Positions 9,472 to 19,300 of a stretch of DNA of 64,000 bases are shown here, in pieces; the first letter of the stretch is position 1, and the number at the start of each line of letters is the position of its first letter. Under the pieces are notes generated by a model. The model was not told where the DNA came from, made no database searches, and saw only the letters and a program-made list of their open reading frames with translations. Source of the stretch: a bacterium (GTDB lineage Bacteria > Joyebacterota > Joyebacteria > Joyebacterales > Joyebacteraceae); contig JALGWI010000001.1 in assembly GCA_025774245.1 (NCBI GenBank), positions 20,599-84,598 of the forward strand. The letters run 5' to 3'. The position numbers and the translations under genes are program-made.

Positions 9472-10344
9472 TTGAGCATCTTCGTCGACGAGAACACGCG
9501 CGTTTGCGTACAGGGGATGACCGGCCGCGACGGCGCGTTTCACACGAGGAGCATGGTCGAGTACGGGACGAAGGTCGTCGCGGGCGTGACGCCGGGCAAG
9601 GGCGGGCAGGAGATGGACGGGATCCCGGTCTTCAACACCCCGAAGGAGGCCGTCGACGCCACGGGGGCGAACGCCTCGATCCTCTTCGTTCCCGCGAAGT
9701 TCGCCGCCGGGGCCGTCATCGAGGCGGCCGAGGCGGGCGTCAAGGTCGTCGTCTGCGTGAGCGAGGGAATCCCGACGCTCGAGGTGTCGAAGATCTACCA
9801 GAGGCTCGGGGAACTCGGCACGCGGATGATCGGACCGAACTGCCCCGGGATCATCAGTCCCGGCAAGTGCAAGCTCGGGATCATGCCCGGCCGGATCCAC
9901 GAGCAGGGCGGGATCGGCGTCGTGTCGCGGAGCGGAACGCTGACCTACGAGGTCGTCGACCAGCTCGGGCGTCACGGGTTCGGGCAGTCGACCGTCATCG
10001 GCATCGGCGGCGATCCGATCATCGGCACGAGCTTCATCGACGCGCTCGACGCGTACGAGAAGGACCCCGAGACCGAGGCGGTCATTCTGATCGGAGAGAT
10101 CGGAGGGACCGACGAGGAGCAGGCGGCCGACTTCATCAAGGCGAACATGTCGAAGCCGGTTGTGAGCTTCATCGCGGGCCGCACGGCTCCTCCGGGCAAG
10201 CGCATGGGCCACGCCGGCGCCATCATCGCCGGCGGGAAGGGCACGGCGCAGGAGAAGATGGACGCGATGGCGGCGGCCGGCGTACCCGTGGCCGATCGTC
10301 CGAGCGAGCTTCCTGGTCTCATCAGAGCCGCGCTCGGGAGGTGA
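9472..10344 (+). CDS. sucD: Succinate--CoA ligase alpha subunit
   Basis: [41 protein letters not shown] and RMGHAGA with the phospho-His. Confidence 0.95.
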   Translation: MSIFVDENTRVCVQGMTGRDGAFHTRSMVEYGTKVVAGVTPGKGGQEMDGIPVFNTPKEAVDATGANASILFVPAKFAAGAVIEAAEAGVKVVVCVSEGIPTLEVSKIYQRLGELGTRMIGPNCPGIISPGKCKLGIMPGRIHEQGGIGVVSRSGTLTYEVVDQLGRHGFGQSTVIGIGGDPIIGTSFIDALDAYEKDPETEAVILIGEIGGTDEEQAADFIKANMSKPVVSFIAGRTAPPGKRMGHAGAIIAGGKGTAQEKMDAMAAAGVPVADRPSELPGLIRAALGR

Positions 10345-10346
10345 GG

Positions 10347-10718
10347 ATGACGAAGCAGGGAACCGACGGGGCTACCGACAGGAAGTGGCGCTATCCCGAC
10401 AGGAGCGAGCACCCCGACGTCGAGATCTTCGTGTACGACAAGTGGTGCAAGGCCTGCGGCATCTGCTACGCGCTCTGCCCGGTCGGCGTCTTCGAGGCCG
10501 ACAAGGCCGGCTGCCCCGTGGTCGCGCATCCCGAGAAGTGTATCGCCTGCAACCTCTGTGAGATGCTCTGTCCGGACATGGCGATCACGGTCTACAAGGA
10601 GCGGAAGAAGGCCGCCGCGAAGGCGGAAGGCGCAGGCAAAGGATCGGCGGCGAAGGCCGCCGCCGACGCGGGCGCAGAAGGCAGCGACTCGAAGAAGGGC
10701 GGTGAGACGAGACCCTAG
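10347..10718 (+). CDS. 2-oxoacid:ferredoxin oxidoreductase delta subunit (2x[4Fe-4S] ferredoxin) with Ala/Lys-rich tail
   Basis: [13 protein letters not shown] and [16 protein letters not shown]. Lies directly upstream of the alpha subunit. Confidence 0.85.
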   Translation: MTKQGTDGATDRKWRYPDRSEHPDVEIFVYDKWCKACGICYALCPVGVFEADKAGCPVVAHPEKCIACNLCEMLCPDMAITVYKERKKAAAKAEGAGKGSAAKAAADAGAEGSDSKKGGETRP

Positions 10719-10733
10719 GACGGGGTCGACGCC

Positions 10734-11885
10734 ATGGCCGGGAACAACAAGACCAGCAAGCAGGTCATTCAGGGGAACGAGGCCTGCGCTATCGGGGCTC
10801 TCGCGGCAGGAGTGACGTTCTTCGGCGGCTACCCGATCACGCCGTCCTCGGAGATCGCGGAGATCCTGTCGCAGACGCTCCCGCTCGTCGGGGGGCGTTT
10901 CATCCAGATGGAGGATGAGATCGCCTCGATCGCCTCGATCATCGGCGCCTCGCTCGCGGGAGCGAAGTCGATGACCGCCACGAGCGGTCCGGGCTTCTCA
11001 CTCATGCAGGAGAACCTGGGCTTCGCCGCGATCGCCGAGATCCCCTGCGTGATCGTGAACGTGCAGCGGGCCGGACCGTCCACGGGGCTTCCGACGCAGC
11101 CTGCCCAGGGTGACGTGCAGCAGACCCGCTGGGGGACGCACGGCGATCATTCGATCATCGCTCTCGCGCCGTCCACCGTCCTCGAGTGTTTCACGATGAC
11201 GATCGACTGCGTCAATCTGGCGGAGGCGTACAGGACGCCGACGGTCCTCCTCATGGACGAGGTCATCGGCCACATGCGCGAGACCGTCGTCCTGCCTCCA
11301 CGGAGCTCCTACAAGGTTGTCGAGCGCCGCACGCCCGATCCGGACACCACGGACTACTGCCCGTTCGAGTGCGACGGGACCGAGGTCGCTCCTCTGGGCG
11401 CCTTCGGCGGCGCCCACAGGTTCCACGTGACGGGCCTCACGCACGACCGGCACGGCTTCCCGACGATGGTCGGGGAGGAGGTCGACCGCAAGATCCGCTG
11501 GATCGTCGACAAGATCGAGGACAGGGCGGACGAGCTCGCCGACCTCGAGGAGTTCGAGACGGACGACGCCGACGTGCTCCTCTTCGCGTACGGATCAACG
11601 GCGAGGGTCGCGAAGTCCTCCGTTCGCGCGCTCAGGGAGCGGGGGGTCCGAGCCGGGATGATCCGCGCGAAGACGATCTGGCCATTCTCGCGGAAGCGCC
11701 TCAAGGAGCTCTCGGGAAGGCTCAAGCTCATCGTCGTGCCCGAGATGAACCTCGGGCAGCTCATCATCGAGGTCGAGCGGGCGATCGCAGGCACCGTTCC
11801 GGTGCGGCACCTGGGTCGCATCGACGGGCACCTGTTCGAGCCCGACGAGATCACCGAATTCGTCCTGCGGGAGGTGGGGAAATGA
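10734..11885 (+). CDS. korA: 2-oxoacid:ferredoxin oxidoreductase alpha subunit (probably 2-oxoglutarate)
   Basis: [52 protein letters not shown]. Confidence 0.9.
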   Translation: MAGNNKTSKQVIQGNEACAIGALAAGVTFFGGYPITPSSEIAEILSQTLPLVGGRFIQMEDEIASIASIIGASLAGAKSMTATSGPGFSLMQENLGFAAIAEIPCVIVNVQRAGPSTGLPTQPAQGDVQQTRWGTHGDHSIIALAPSTVLECFTMTIDCVNLAEAYRTPTVLLMDEVIGHMRETVVLPPRSSYKVVERRTPDPDTTDYCPFECDGTEVAPLGAFGGAHRFHVTGLTHDRHGFPTMVGEEVDRKIRWIVDKIEDRADELADLEEFETDDADVLLFAYGSTARVAKSSVRALRERGVRAGMIRAKTIWPFSRKRLKELSGRLKLIVVPEMNLGQLIIEVERAIAGTVPVRHLGRIDGHLFEPDEITEFVLREVGK

Positions 11886-12784
11886 GCCAGGCCATCGAGA
11901 CGGCGCGGACCTACCTCCGACCGAGCAAGAAGCTCCCGACGGTCTGGTGCGGCGGCTGCGGCCTCGGCATCGTGATGAGCGCGATGATACGCGCCATCGC
12001 CCGCGTCGGGTGCGAGAAGAACGACGTGGCGGTGGTGTCGGGGATCGGCTGCACCGGCCGCCTTCCCACGTACGTCGATTTCAACACGCTCCACACCACG
12101 CACGGCCGCGCGCTCGCGTTCGCAACCGGCGTGAAGCTCGCCACCCCCTCGCTCACCGTCATCGCCGCGATGGGAGACGGCGACGCGCTCGCGATCGGCG
12201 GCAACCACTTCATCCACTCCTGCCGCCGGAACATCGACATGACGGCGATCGTCGCCAACAACTCGATCTACGGCATGACGGGGGGGCAGTACTCCCCGAC
12301 GACGCCACACGGGAAGAAGGGGACGACCGCCCCGTACGGCAACGTCGAGCACGCCTTCGACGTGGCGGCTCTGGCCGTCGGTGCGGGCGCGACCTTCGTG
12401 GCCCGGTCGTCGGTCTACCACGCCAGGGAGCTCGACAAGCTCATCGAGAGGGCGATTCGTCACAAGGGCTTCTCGGTCGTGGAGGCCGTGTCGAACTGCT
12501 ACACCAGCTACGGGAGGCTCAACAAGTACTCGTCTCCCGTCGACATGTTGAGATGGATGAAGGAGAGCTCGGTCACGGTCGGGGCGGCGGAGGAGATGGC
12601 GCCGGAAGAGCTCGAGGGGAAGTTCACGCGCGGCGTGATCACCGAGCGGGAGCTCCCGGAGTTCATCGAGTCCTACGACGGTCTGGCGAAGCGCCTGGCC
12701 TCTGATCCGGCAGCGATCGAACGGGTCAAGGGCATCATCCGGACGTTCGACGAGACGGCCGAGAGACTGAACGCAAAGGGGTAG
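11882..12784 (+). CDS. korB: 2-oxoacid:ferredoxin oxidoreductase beta subunit (TPP-binding)
   Basis: WCGGCGLG, SGIGC, HTTHGRA, GDGDALAIGGNH, NNSIYGMTGGQYSPT. Confidence 0.9.
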   Translation: MSQAIETARTYLRPSKKLPTVWCGGCGLGIVMSAMIRAIARVGCEKNDVAVVSGIGCTGRLPTYVDFNTLHTTHGRALAFATGVKLATPSLTVIAAMGDGDALAIGGNHFIHSCRRNIDMTAIVANNSIYGMTGGQYSPTTPHGKKGTTAPYGNVEHAFDVAALAVGAGATFVARSSVYHARELDKLIERAIRHKGFSVVEAVSNCYTSYGRLNKYSSPVDMLRWMKESSVTVGAAEEMAPEELEGKFTRGVITERELPEFIESYDGLAKRLASDPAAIERVKGIIRTFDETAERLNAKG

Positions 12785-12881
12785 CGCGCCTGGTCATCGG
12801 CGGGACGGGCGGGACCGGCGGCTGTCCGGACACCGACCCCGGCCCGACGGCGCCGGGGCGCGCACGAGGTATCCAAAGCTC

Positions 12882-13439
12882 ATGAGCGAAACAAAGGGCA
12901 GGTACGAGATCCGCCTCTCGGGCGCCGGCGGCCAGGGACTGATGCTGGCCGGCAAGCTCCTCGCCGAGGCGGCGTCGGTCTACGACGGGAAGAACGCGGT
13001 GCAGACGCAGAGCTACGGTCCGGAGGCGCGAGGCGGGAAGAGCAAGACCGACGTCGTCATCTCCGACGGGGAGATCGATTACCCGAAGGCGACGAAGGTC
13101 AACGTGCTCCTCGCCATGAGCCAGCCGGCCCTCGACGAGTACATCGGCTCGCTCCAGCCGGGAGGCATGCTCGTGGTCGACTCCTACCTGGTGGAGGAGC
13201 CAGGACGGGACGACGCCATCGCCATCCCGTTCACGATGCTCGCCCTCGAGGAGTGCGGTCGGAAGCTCTTCGCGAACGTCGTGGCGCTCGGGGCCGTCGC
13301 CGAGTTGACGCAGGCCGTCACCTGGGACAGCCTCCGTTCCGCAGTCCTCGCGAGGGTGCCGAAGGGCACCGAGAAGATCAACGACAGCGCTCTCGACGTG
13401 GGGCGCCAGGCCGCGCGGCAGTTCCTCGAAGGGAAGTGA
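12882..13439 (+). CDS. korC: 2-oxoacid:ferredoxin oxidoreductase gamma subunit
   Basis: EIRLSGAGGQG, QTQSYGPEARGG, IDYP, NVVALG. Confidence 0.88.
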   Translation: MSETKGRYEIRLSGAGGQGLMLAGKLLAEAASVYDGKNAVQTQSYGPEARGGKSKTDVVISDGEIDYPKATKVNVLLAMSQPALDEYIGSLQPGGMLVVDSYLVEEPGRDDAIAIPFTMLALEECGRKLFANVVALGAVAELTQAVTWDSLRSAVLARVPKGTEKINDSALDVGRQAARQFLEGK

Positions 13440-13440
13440 C

Positions 13441-13863
13441 ATGGAAACGACCTTCCTCATGATCAAGCCACGGGCCGTCGCCGACGGCCTGGTCGGCGAG
13501 ATCATCGCGGCGCTCGAGGACGGGGGCTTCGCCATCGCCGGCGTCGCATCGCGCCGACTCACCGTCGAGGAGGCGTCCGGCCTCTACGAGGCTCACGTGG
13601 GGAAGCCGTTCTTCGGGGCCCTCGTGGAGTTCATGACGTCGGGCGTCTCGATCGGCATCCTCCTGAACGCCCCGGACGCCATCGCGGCGCTCAGGAGGCT
13701 CGTGGGGGCGACCAAGCCGTCCGAGGCAGAGCCGGGCACGATCCGGGCGCGCTTCGGGAAGGACCTGCAACAGAACGCGGTTCACGCGTGCGACTCCGCC
13801 GAGAGGGTGGAGCGCGAATCGGGATTCTACTTCGGCGACTGCCCGAGGGCCGTCGTCGGTTGA
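13441..13863 (+). CDS. ndk: Nucleoside diphosphate kinase
   Basis: TFLMIKP, Y..HVGKPFF, GAT.P.EA.PGTIR..FG and NAVH(AC)DS with the catalytic His. Confidence 0.9.
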   Translation: METTFLMIKPRAVADGLVGEIIAALEDGGFAIAGVASRRLTVEEASGLYEAHVGKPFFGALVEFMTSGVSIGILLNAPDAIAALRRLVGATKPSEAEPGTIRARFGKDLQQNAVHACDSAERVERESGFYFGDCPRAVVG

Positions 13864-13905
13864 CTGCCCGTCGAGCCGGGCGAACGAGCGGGTTCTGGAG
13901 TGGAG

Positions 13906-14397
13906 ATGGAGAAGACGGCTCTTCGTGGTGAAGACGCGGCGGACCGGCTCGCTGTCGTCGACGAGGTCGCGTCGAAGTACGCCGGCACGAAGGGCGCCCT
14001 GATTCCGATTCTGCAGAACGTCCAGTCGCGGATCGGATACCTCCCGACCGAGGTGATGGAACGGATCGGCGAGAAGGCCGGCGTCCCCGCCGCGCAGGTG
14101 TTCGGCGTCGCGAGCTTCTACTCGCAGTTCAGGCTCGAGCCCGTGGGCAGGTACGTCGTCAAGGTGTGCCACGGTACCGCCTGTCACGTTCAGGGAGCGG
14201 GAGCGATCACCGAGGCCGTCTGTTCGGAGCTCGGCGTCGAGGACGGCGAGACGACGGCCGACGGGAAGTTCACCGTCGAGTCGGTCGCCTGCATCGGCTG
14301 CTGCAGCCTGGCGCCGGTGATCATGATAGAAGAGAACTCGTTCGGGCGTCTGACGCCCGACGAGGCGCGCAGGATCGTGAGGGAGTACGGAGACTAG
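13906..14397 (+). CDS. NuoE/HydC-like [2Fe-2S] subunit
   Basis: LIPILQ..Q...GYLP, GVASFYSQF, VCHGTACHV and CIGCCSLAPV. Confidence 0.9.
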   Translation: MEKTALRGEDAADRLAVVDEVASKYAGTKGALIPILQNVQSRIGYLPTEVMERIGEKAGVPAAQVFGVASFYSQFRLEPVGRYVVKVCHGTACHVQGAGAITEAVCSELGVEDGETTADGKFTVESVACIGCCSLAPVIMIEENSFGRLTPDEARRIVREYGD

Positions 14398-14470
14398 CGC
14401 GGGGAGGAGCGCCGCGCGCCGTGCCGGCCCGGAGCCGGCGGGCGCGTGGCGCTTGCGCGAGGAGACCACG

Positions 14471-16258
14471 GTGGCGGATCGGGGCACTCAGATGACGGTC
14501 ACGGTCGGGCTCTCGAGCTGCGGCATCGCGGCGGGCGCCGCCGATGTGATGGCCGCCTTCGAGAGAGAGATCGAGAAGCGCGGCTTGGACGTCCGCCTGA
14601 GAAGAACCGGTTGCATCGGGATGTGCTACTCCGAGCCGATCGTCGATGTCGACGCGCCGGGAGCGGGGCGGCACACCTACGGCGGCATCACCGCGGACCA
14701 GGTCGAGCGCATCGTCGACGAGCACATCGCCGGCGGCGCGCCGGTCGACGAGTGGCTCGTGCGGGCGGAGGGAAGGGATCTCCCCGACGAGGCGTACTAC
14801 TCGCGGCAGGTGAGGCTCGTCCTCAGGAACGCCGGGATGATCGATCCCGAGTCGATCGACGAGTACATCGAAGCCGGAGGCTACGCGGCTCTCGAGAAGG
14901 CCGTCACGTCGATGAAGCCCGAGGAGGTCGTCAAGGAGATCACCGATTCGGGCCTCAGGGGACGCGGCGGGGCCGGGTTCCCGACCGGCGTGAAGTGGGA
15001 TCTCGCGAGGAAGCAGCCGGGCGGGAAGAAGTACGTCATCGTCAACGCCGACGAGGGCGATCCCGGCGCGTTCATGGACCGGAGCATCCTGGAGGGCGAT
15101 CCGCACTCCGTCCTCGAGGGTCTGGCGATAGCCGCCTACGCGATCGGGGCGGACGAGGGCTACTTCTACGTGCGGGCGGAGTACCCGCTCGCCGTGAAGC
15201 GCCTCGGCATCGCGATCACGGACGCGCGGGAGCGCGGGTACATCGGCGAGAACGTGTTCGGGAGCGGCTTCTCGCTCGACGTCTACATCAAGGAAGGCGC
15301 GGGCGCGTTCGTCTGCGGTGAGGAGACGGCGCTCATGGCGTCGATCGAGGGGCGACGGGGGATGCCCAGGATCCGTCCGCCCTACCCGGCCGCCGAGGGC
15401 CTCTGGAAGAAGCCGTCGAACATCAACAACGTCGAGACCTACGCGAACGTCGCCTGGATCATCTCGAACGGGGCCGAGGCCTACGCGAGCCACGGCACCG
15501 AGACCAGCAAGGGCACGAAGGTCTTCGCCCTGGCCGGCAAGATCGAGCGCGGCGGGCTCGTGGAGGTCCCGATGGGGATGACGCTCCGCGAGGTCATCGA
15601 CGAGGTCGGCGGAGGCGTACCCGGGGGCCACGACTTCAAGGCCGTGCAGCTCGGCGGCCCGTCCGGCGGCTGCATCCCGCGCGAGTTCATCGACATCGCG
15701 GTCGACTACGAGTCCGTGACGAAGACCGGCGCGATCATGGGATCGGGCGGGATGGTCGTCATGGACGACACGACCTGCATGGTCGACATCGCGCGTTTCT
15801 TCCTCAACTTCACCCAGGACGAGAGCTGCGGGAAGTGCACGTTCTGTCGCGTCGGCACGAAACGGATGCTCGAGGTGCTCGAGAGGATCTGCGGGGGGGA
15901 GGGGCGCGAGGGCGACATCGAGCTCCTCGAGGAGCTCGGAGAGCAGATCATCGCGTCGTCGCTCTGCGGACTGGGCCAGAGCGCCCCGAATCCCGTGGTG
16001 ACGACCCTCAAGTACTTCAGGGACGAGTACGAGGCGCACGTCAAGGAGAAGCGCTGCCCGGCGCACGCATGCAAGGCTCTCATCACCTACGGCATCGACG
16101 CGGAGAAGTGCACGGGTTGCACGCTCTGCACCAAGGTGTGTCCCACGGGCGCGATCGCAGGCGAGAAACGGGAGCTGCACACGATCGACCAGGACCTGTG
16201 CACGAAGTGCGACGCGTGCAGGCGGGCCTGCAAGTTCGACGCTGTCACCGTGGATTAG
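14471..16258 (+). CDS. NuoF/HydB-like FMN/NADH-binding subunit of a HydABC/Bfu-type complex
   Basis: N-terminal thioredoxin-like [2Fe-2S] domain (GCIGMC..EP), SGLRGRGGAGFPTG, NADEGDPGAFMDRS, GAGAFVCGEETAL, ESCGKCTFCR and a C-terminal 2x[4Fe-4S] domain. Confidence 0.9.
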   Translation: MADRGTQMTVTVGLSSCGIAAGAADVMAAFEREIEKRGLDVRLRRTGCIGMCYSEPIVDVDAPGAGRHTYGGITADQVERIVDEHIAGGAPVDEWLVRAEGRDLPDEAYYSRQVRLVLRNAGMIDPESIDEYIEAGGYAALEKAVTSMKPEEVVKEITDSGLRGRGGAGFPTGVKWDLARKQPGGKKYVIVNADEGDPGAFMDRSILEGDPHSVLEGLAIAAYAIGADEGYFYVRAEYPLAVKRLGIAITDARERGYIGENVFGSGFSLDVYIKEGAGAFVCGEETALMASIEGRRGMPRIRPPYPAAEGLWKKPSNINNVETYANVAWIISNGAEAYASHGTETSKGTKVFALAGKIERGGLVEVPMGMTLREVIDEVGGGVPGGHDFKAVQLGGPSGGCIPREFIDIAVDYESVTKTGAIMGSGGMVVMDDTTCMVDIARFFLNFTQDESCGKCTFCRVGTKRMLEVLERICGGEGREGDIELLEELGEQIIASSLCGLGQSAPNPVVTTLKYFRDEYEAHVKEKRCPAHACKALITYGIDAEKCTGCTLCTKVCPTGAIAGEKRELHTIDQDLCTKCDACRRACKFDAVTVD

Positions 16259-16335
16259 GATGTCCTCCAGTCGGCCCGGCGGGCGGATCGGCGTGATACC
16301 TGGGGGCGGGCACGAATCTGGGAAGAGGTTCTCAG

Positions 16336-19300
16336 TTGGCGCTCATCAAGATCTCCCTGAACGGTCGAGAGGTTGAGGTCGATGCGGCCTCGACGATCCT
16401 CGAGGCTGCGCGGCAGCACGGGATCGAGATCCCGACGCTCTGCGACGATCCGCAGCTCCCACCCTTCACGTCGTGCTGGATCTGCGCGGTCAAGCTCGAA
16501 GGAATGAAGAGGTACATCCCGTCGTGCGGCACGCGGGTGGCGCCCGGCATGAAGATCTGGACCGACACGGACGACGTCCGGGCCGTCAGGAAGATGGCTC
16601 TCGAGCTCCTTCTCTCGAACCACCGGGGCGACTGCGTGGCGCCGTGCAAGGCCGCGTGCCCGGCCGGCGTCGACGTCCAGGGATACATCGCGCTCATCTC
16701 CCAGGGGAAGTACCGGGAGGCGGCGAAGCTCGTCAAAGAGGTCAATCCGTTCCCGCTCTCGATCGGTCGCGTCTGCACGCGGCCCTGTGAGTCGGAGTGT
16801 CGCAGGAACGCCGTCGACGGTCCGGTCGGGATCGACTATCTCAAGCGCTTCGCGGCCGACTGGGACGCCGGCCACGACGACGCCTACGTCCCGACGACCG
16901 CCGCCTCGACCGGCCGCCGCGTGGCGATGGTCGGGGCCGGTCCGGGGAGCCTGACCGCCGCCTACTACCTCGCCCAGAAGGGGCACGAGGTGACGATCAT
17001 GGAGGCGCTCCCTGCGGCCGGCGGCATGCTCCGCTACGGCATCCCGGAGTACCGCCTTCCGAAGAAGACGCTCGACACGGAGATCGGTCTCATCACCACG
17101 CTCGGCGTGCGCGTCGAGTACAACAAGGCCCTCGGCCGCGACTTCAAGCTCGCCGACCTCTTCGCCGACGGGTACGACGCCGTCTTCCTCGGACTCGGGG
17201 CGATGGGGAGCCGGAAGATGAAGGTCCCCGGCGAGGAGCTCGAGGGCGTCTGGGCCGGGACGGAGTTCCTGAAGAAGATGGGACTCGGCGAGGACGTGGC
17301 GATCGGCAAGCACGTCGCCGTCATCGGCGGCGGCAACACGGCGGTCGACGCCGCGAGGACGAGCCTCCGGCTCGGCGCCGAGAAGGTGACGATCGTCTAC
17401 CGGAGGTCGCGCACCGAGATGCCCGCCTGGGACGTCGAGGTCGAGGCCGCGCTCGAGGAGGGCGTCGAGATGCACTTCCTCGCCGCCCCGACCAGGATCG
17501 AAGGCGAGGGCGCCTGCGAGAGGATGGAGTTCATCCGGATGGAACTCGGGGAACCCGACGAGAGCGGCCGCAGGCGGCCGGTTCCCGTCGAGGGCTCCGA
17601 GGCCATGCTCGAGGTCGACAACGTGATCGCGGCCATCGGGCAGGTACCCGACCTCTCCGCGATCCACGAGACCGTCGAGAGCGACCCGGAATCGCTCGAG
17701 GCCAAGCTCGAGCTCACGCGCTGGGGAACGATCGTGGCCGACGAGACGACCGGGGCCACCTCGGTCGAGCGCGTCTACTCCGGCGGCGACGTCGCCCGAG
17801 GAGCGGCGACCGCCATCGAGGCGATCGCCGACGGAGGCAAGGCCGCGGCGGCCATCCACAGTTACCTCACGGGCGAGACCGAGTACGTCCCGCCGTCCTA
17901 CTTCAACATCACGAAGGAACGATGGGACTCGTTCCCGGAGAGCCAGCTCGTCGGGATCGAGAGGAGCGAGCGCGAGCGGATGCCTGAGCTCGGGGTCGAG
18001 GAGAGGATCCGCATCTTCGAAGAGGTCGAGCTCGGGTACACCGAGGAGCAGGCCCGCAGGGAGGCGGCGCGCTGCCTCGAGTGCGGCTGCGTGGGAGCGT
18101 TCACGTGCCAGCTCCGCGAGTACGCCGCCGAGTACGGCGCCTCGTCCGACCGTTTCGGCGGCGAGGTCGTCGAGGATCCCGCCGACGAGCGCCATCCGTT
18201 CATCCGCCTCGAGCCCGAGAAGTGCATCCTGTGCGGGCGCTGCATCCGGATCTGCCAGGAGGTGGAGGGCGCGGCCGCGCTCGGTTTCTTCCGGAGGGGC
18301 TTCCAGACGCAGATGAAGCCGGCTCTCGAACAGGCGCTCGCGGGGACGACCTGCGAGTCGTGCGGGCAGTGCGTCACGAGCTGTCCGACCGCCGCCATCT
18401 CGGCCGTCGCCGACCTTCCGAAGCCCGGTCCGTGGGCCCTCGAGGCGACGCGGTCGACGTGCAGCTTCTGCGGGACGGGGTGCGCGATCGTGCTCCGTAC
18501 CGTGGAGGGCAGCCTGGCGACGATCGAGCCCGCCCCCGACGCGGGCATCAACGAGGGCAACCTCTGCGTCCGCGGACGGTTCGGGCATCTCGCGGCCGGG
18601 GAGAGGCTCGCTTCCCCGCTCGTGAAAAGGAACGGAAAGCCGGCCGCGGCCTCCTGGGACGACGCGGTCGGGCTCGTGTCGAAGCGCCTCATGGCGGTCG
18701 CCCGCGAGCACGGCCCCGGGGCCGTGGCGGTCTTCGGCTCGCCGGGGCTCACGAACGAGGAGGCCTACCGTCTCCAGCAGCTGGCCCGCGCCGGGCTCGG
18801 GACGCCGAACGTCGCGTCGTTCGGCCTCGCCCGCGAGTCGGCGGTCTTCGAGGCGCTCTCTCGCGCGTTCGGGCGCGCTGCTTCGACGGCGTCGTACGCC
18901 GACCTGAGATCGGCCGAGACGATCCTCCTCATCGACTCGGACATCGCCGAGGAGGAGACCGTCTCCGGGATCGCCATACGGAAGGCGGTCGCCGCCGGCG
19001 CGCGCCTCGTCGTGATCTCGCCCGACGAGACGAGGATGGCGAGGCTCGCCGACGTCTGGATCCGTGTCGGGCGCGCCGACGTCGGAAGCGTGCTGGCGGC
19101 GATGATCGAGCACGCCACCTCGAAGGGACTCGCCGGACCGGCGAGGGTGACGCAGGGCGTCGACAACCTGGAGGAGTTCAAGGCCGCGGTCGCGGCCATC
19201 TCCGAGGGCGGGAGGGTCGCCGAGGGCGAGCCCGTCGTGAAGGGCGGCGACACCACAGATGCGATCGTTGCGGCGGCCGAGGCCTACGCGTCGGCCTCGC

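Noticed and set aside
13906-16258. Respiratory complex I or [FeFe]-hydrogenase operon
   Set aside because: No other nuo genes and no H-cluster motifs are present in the window.
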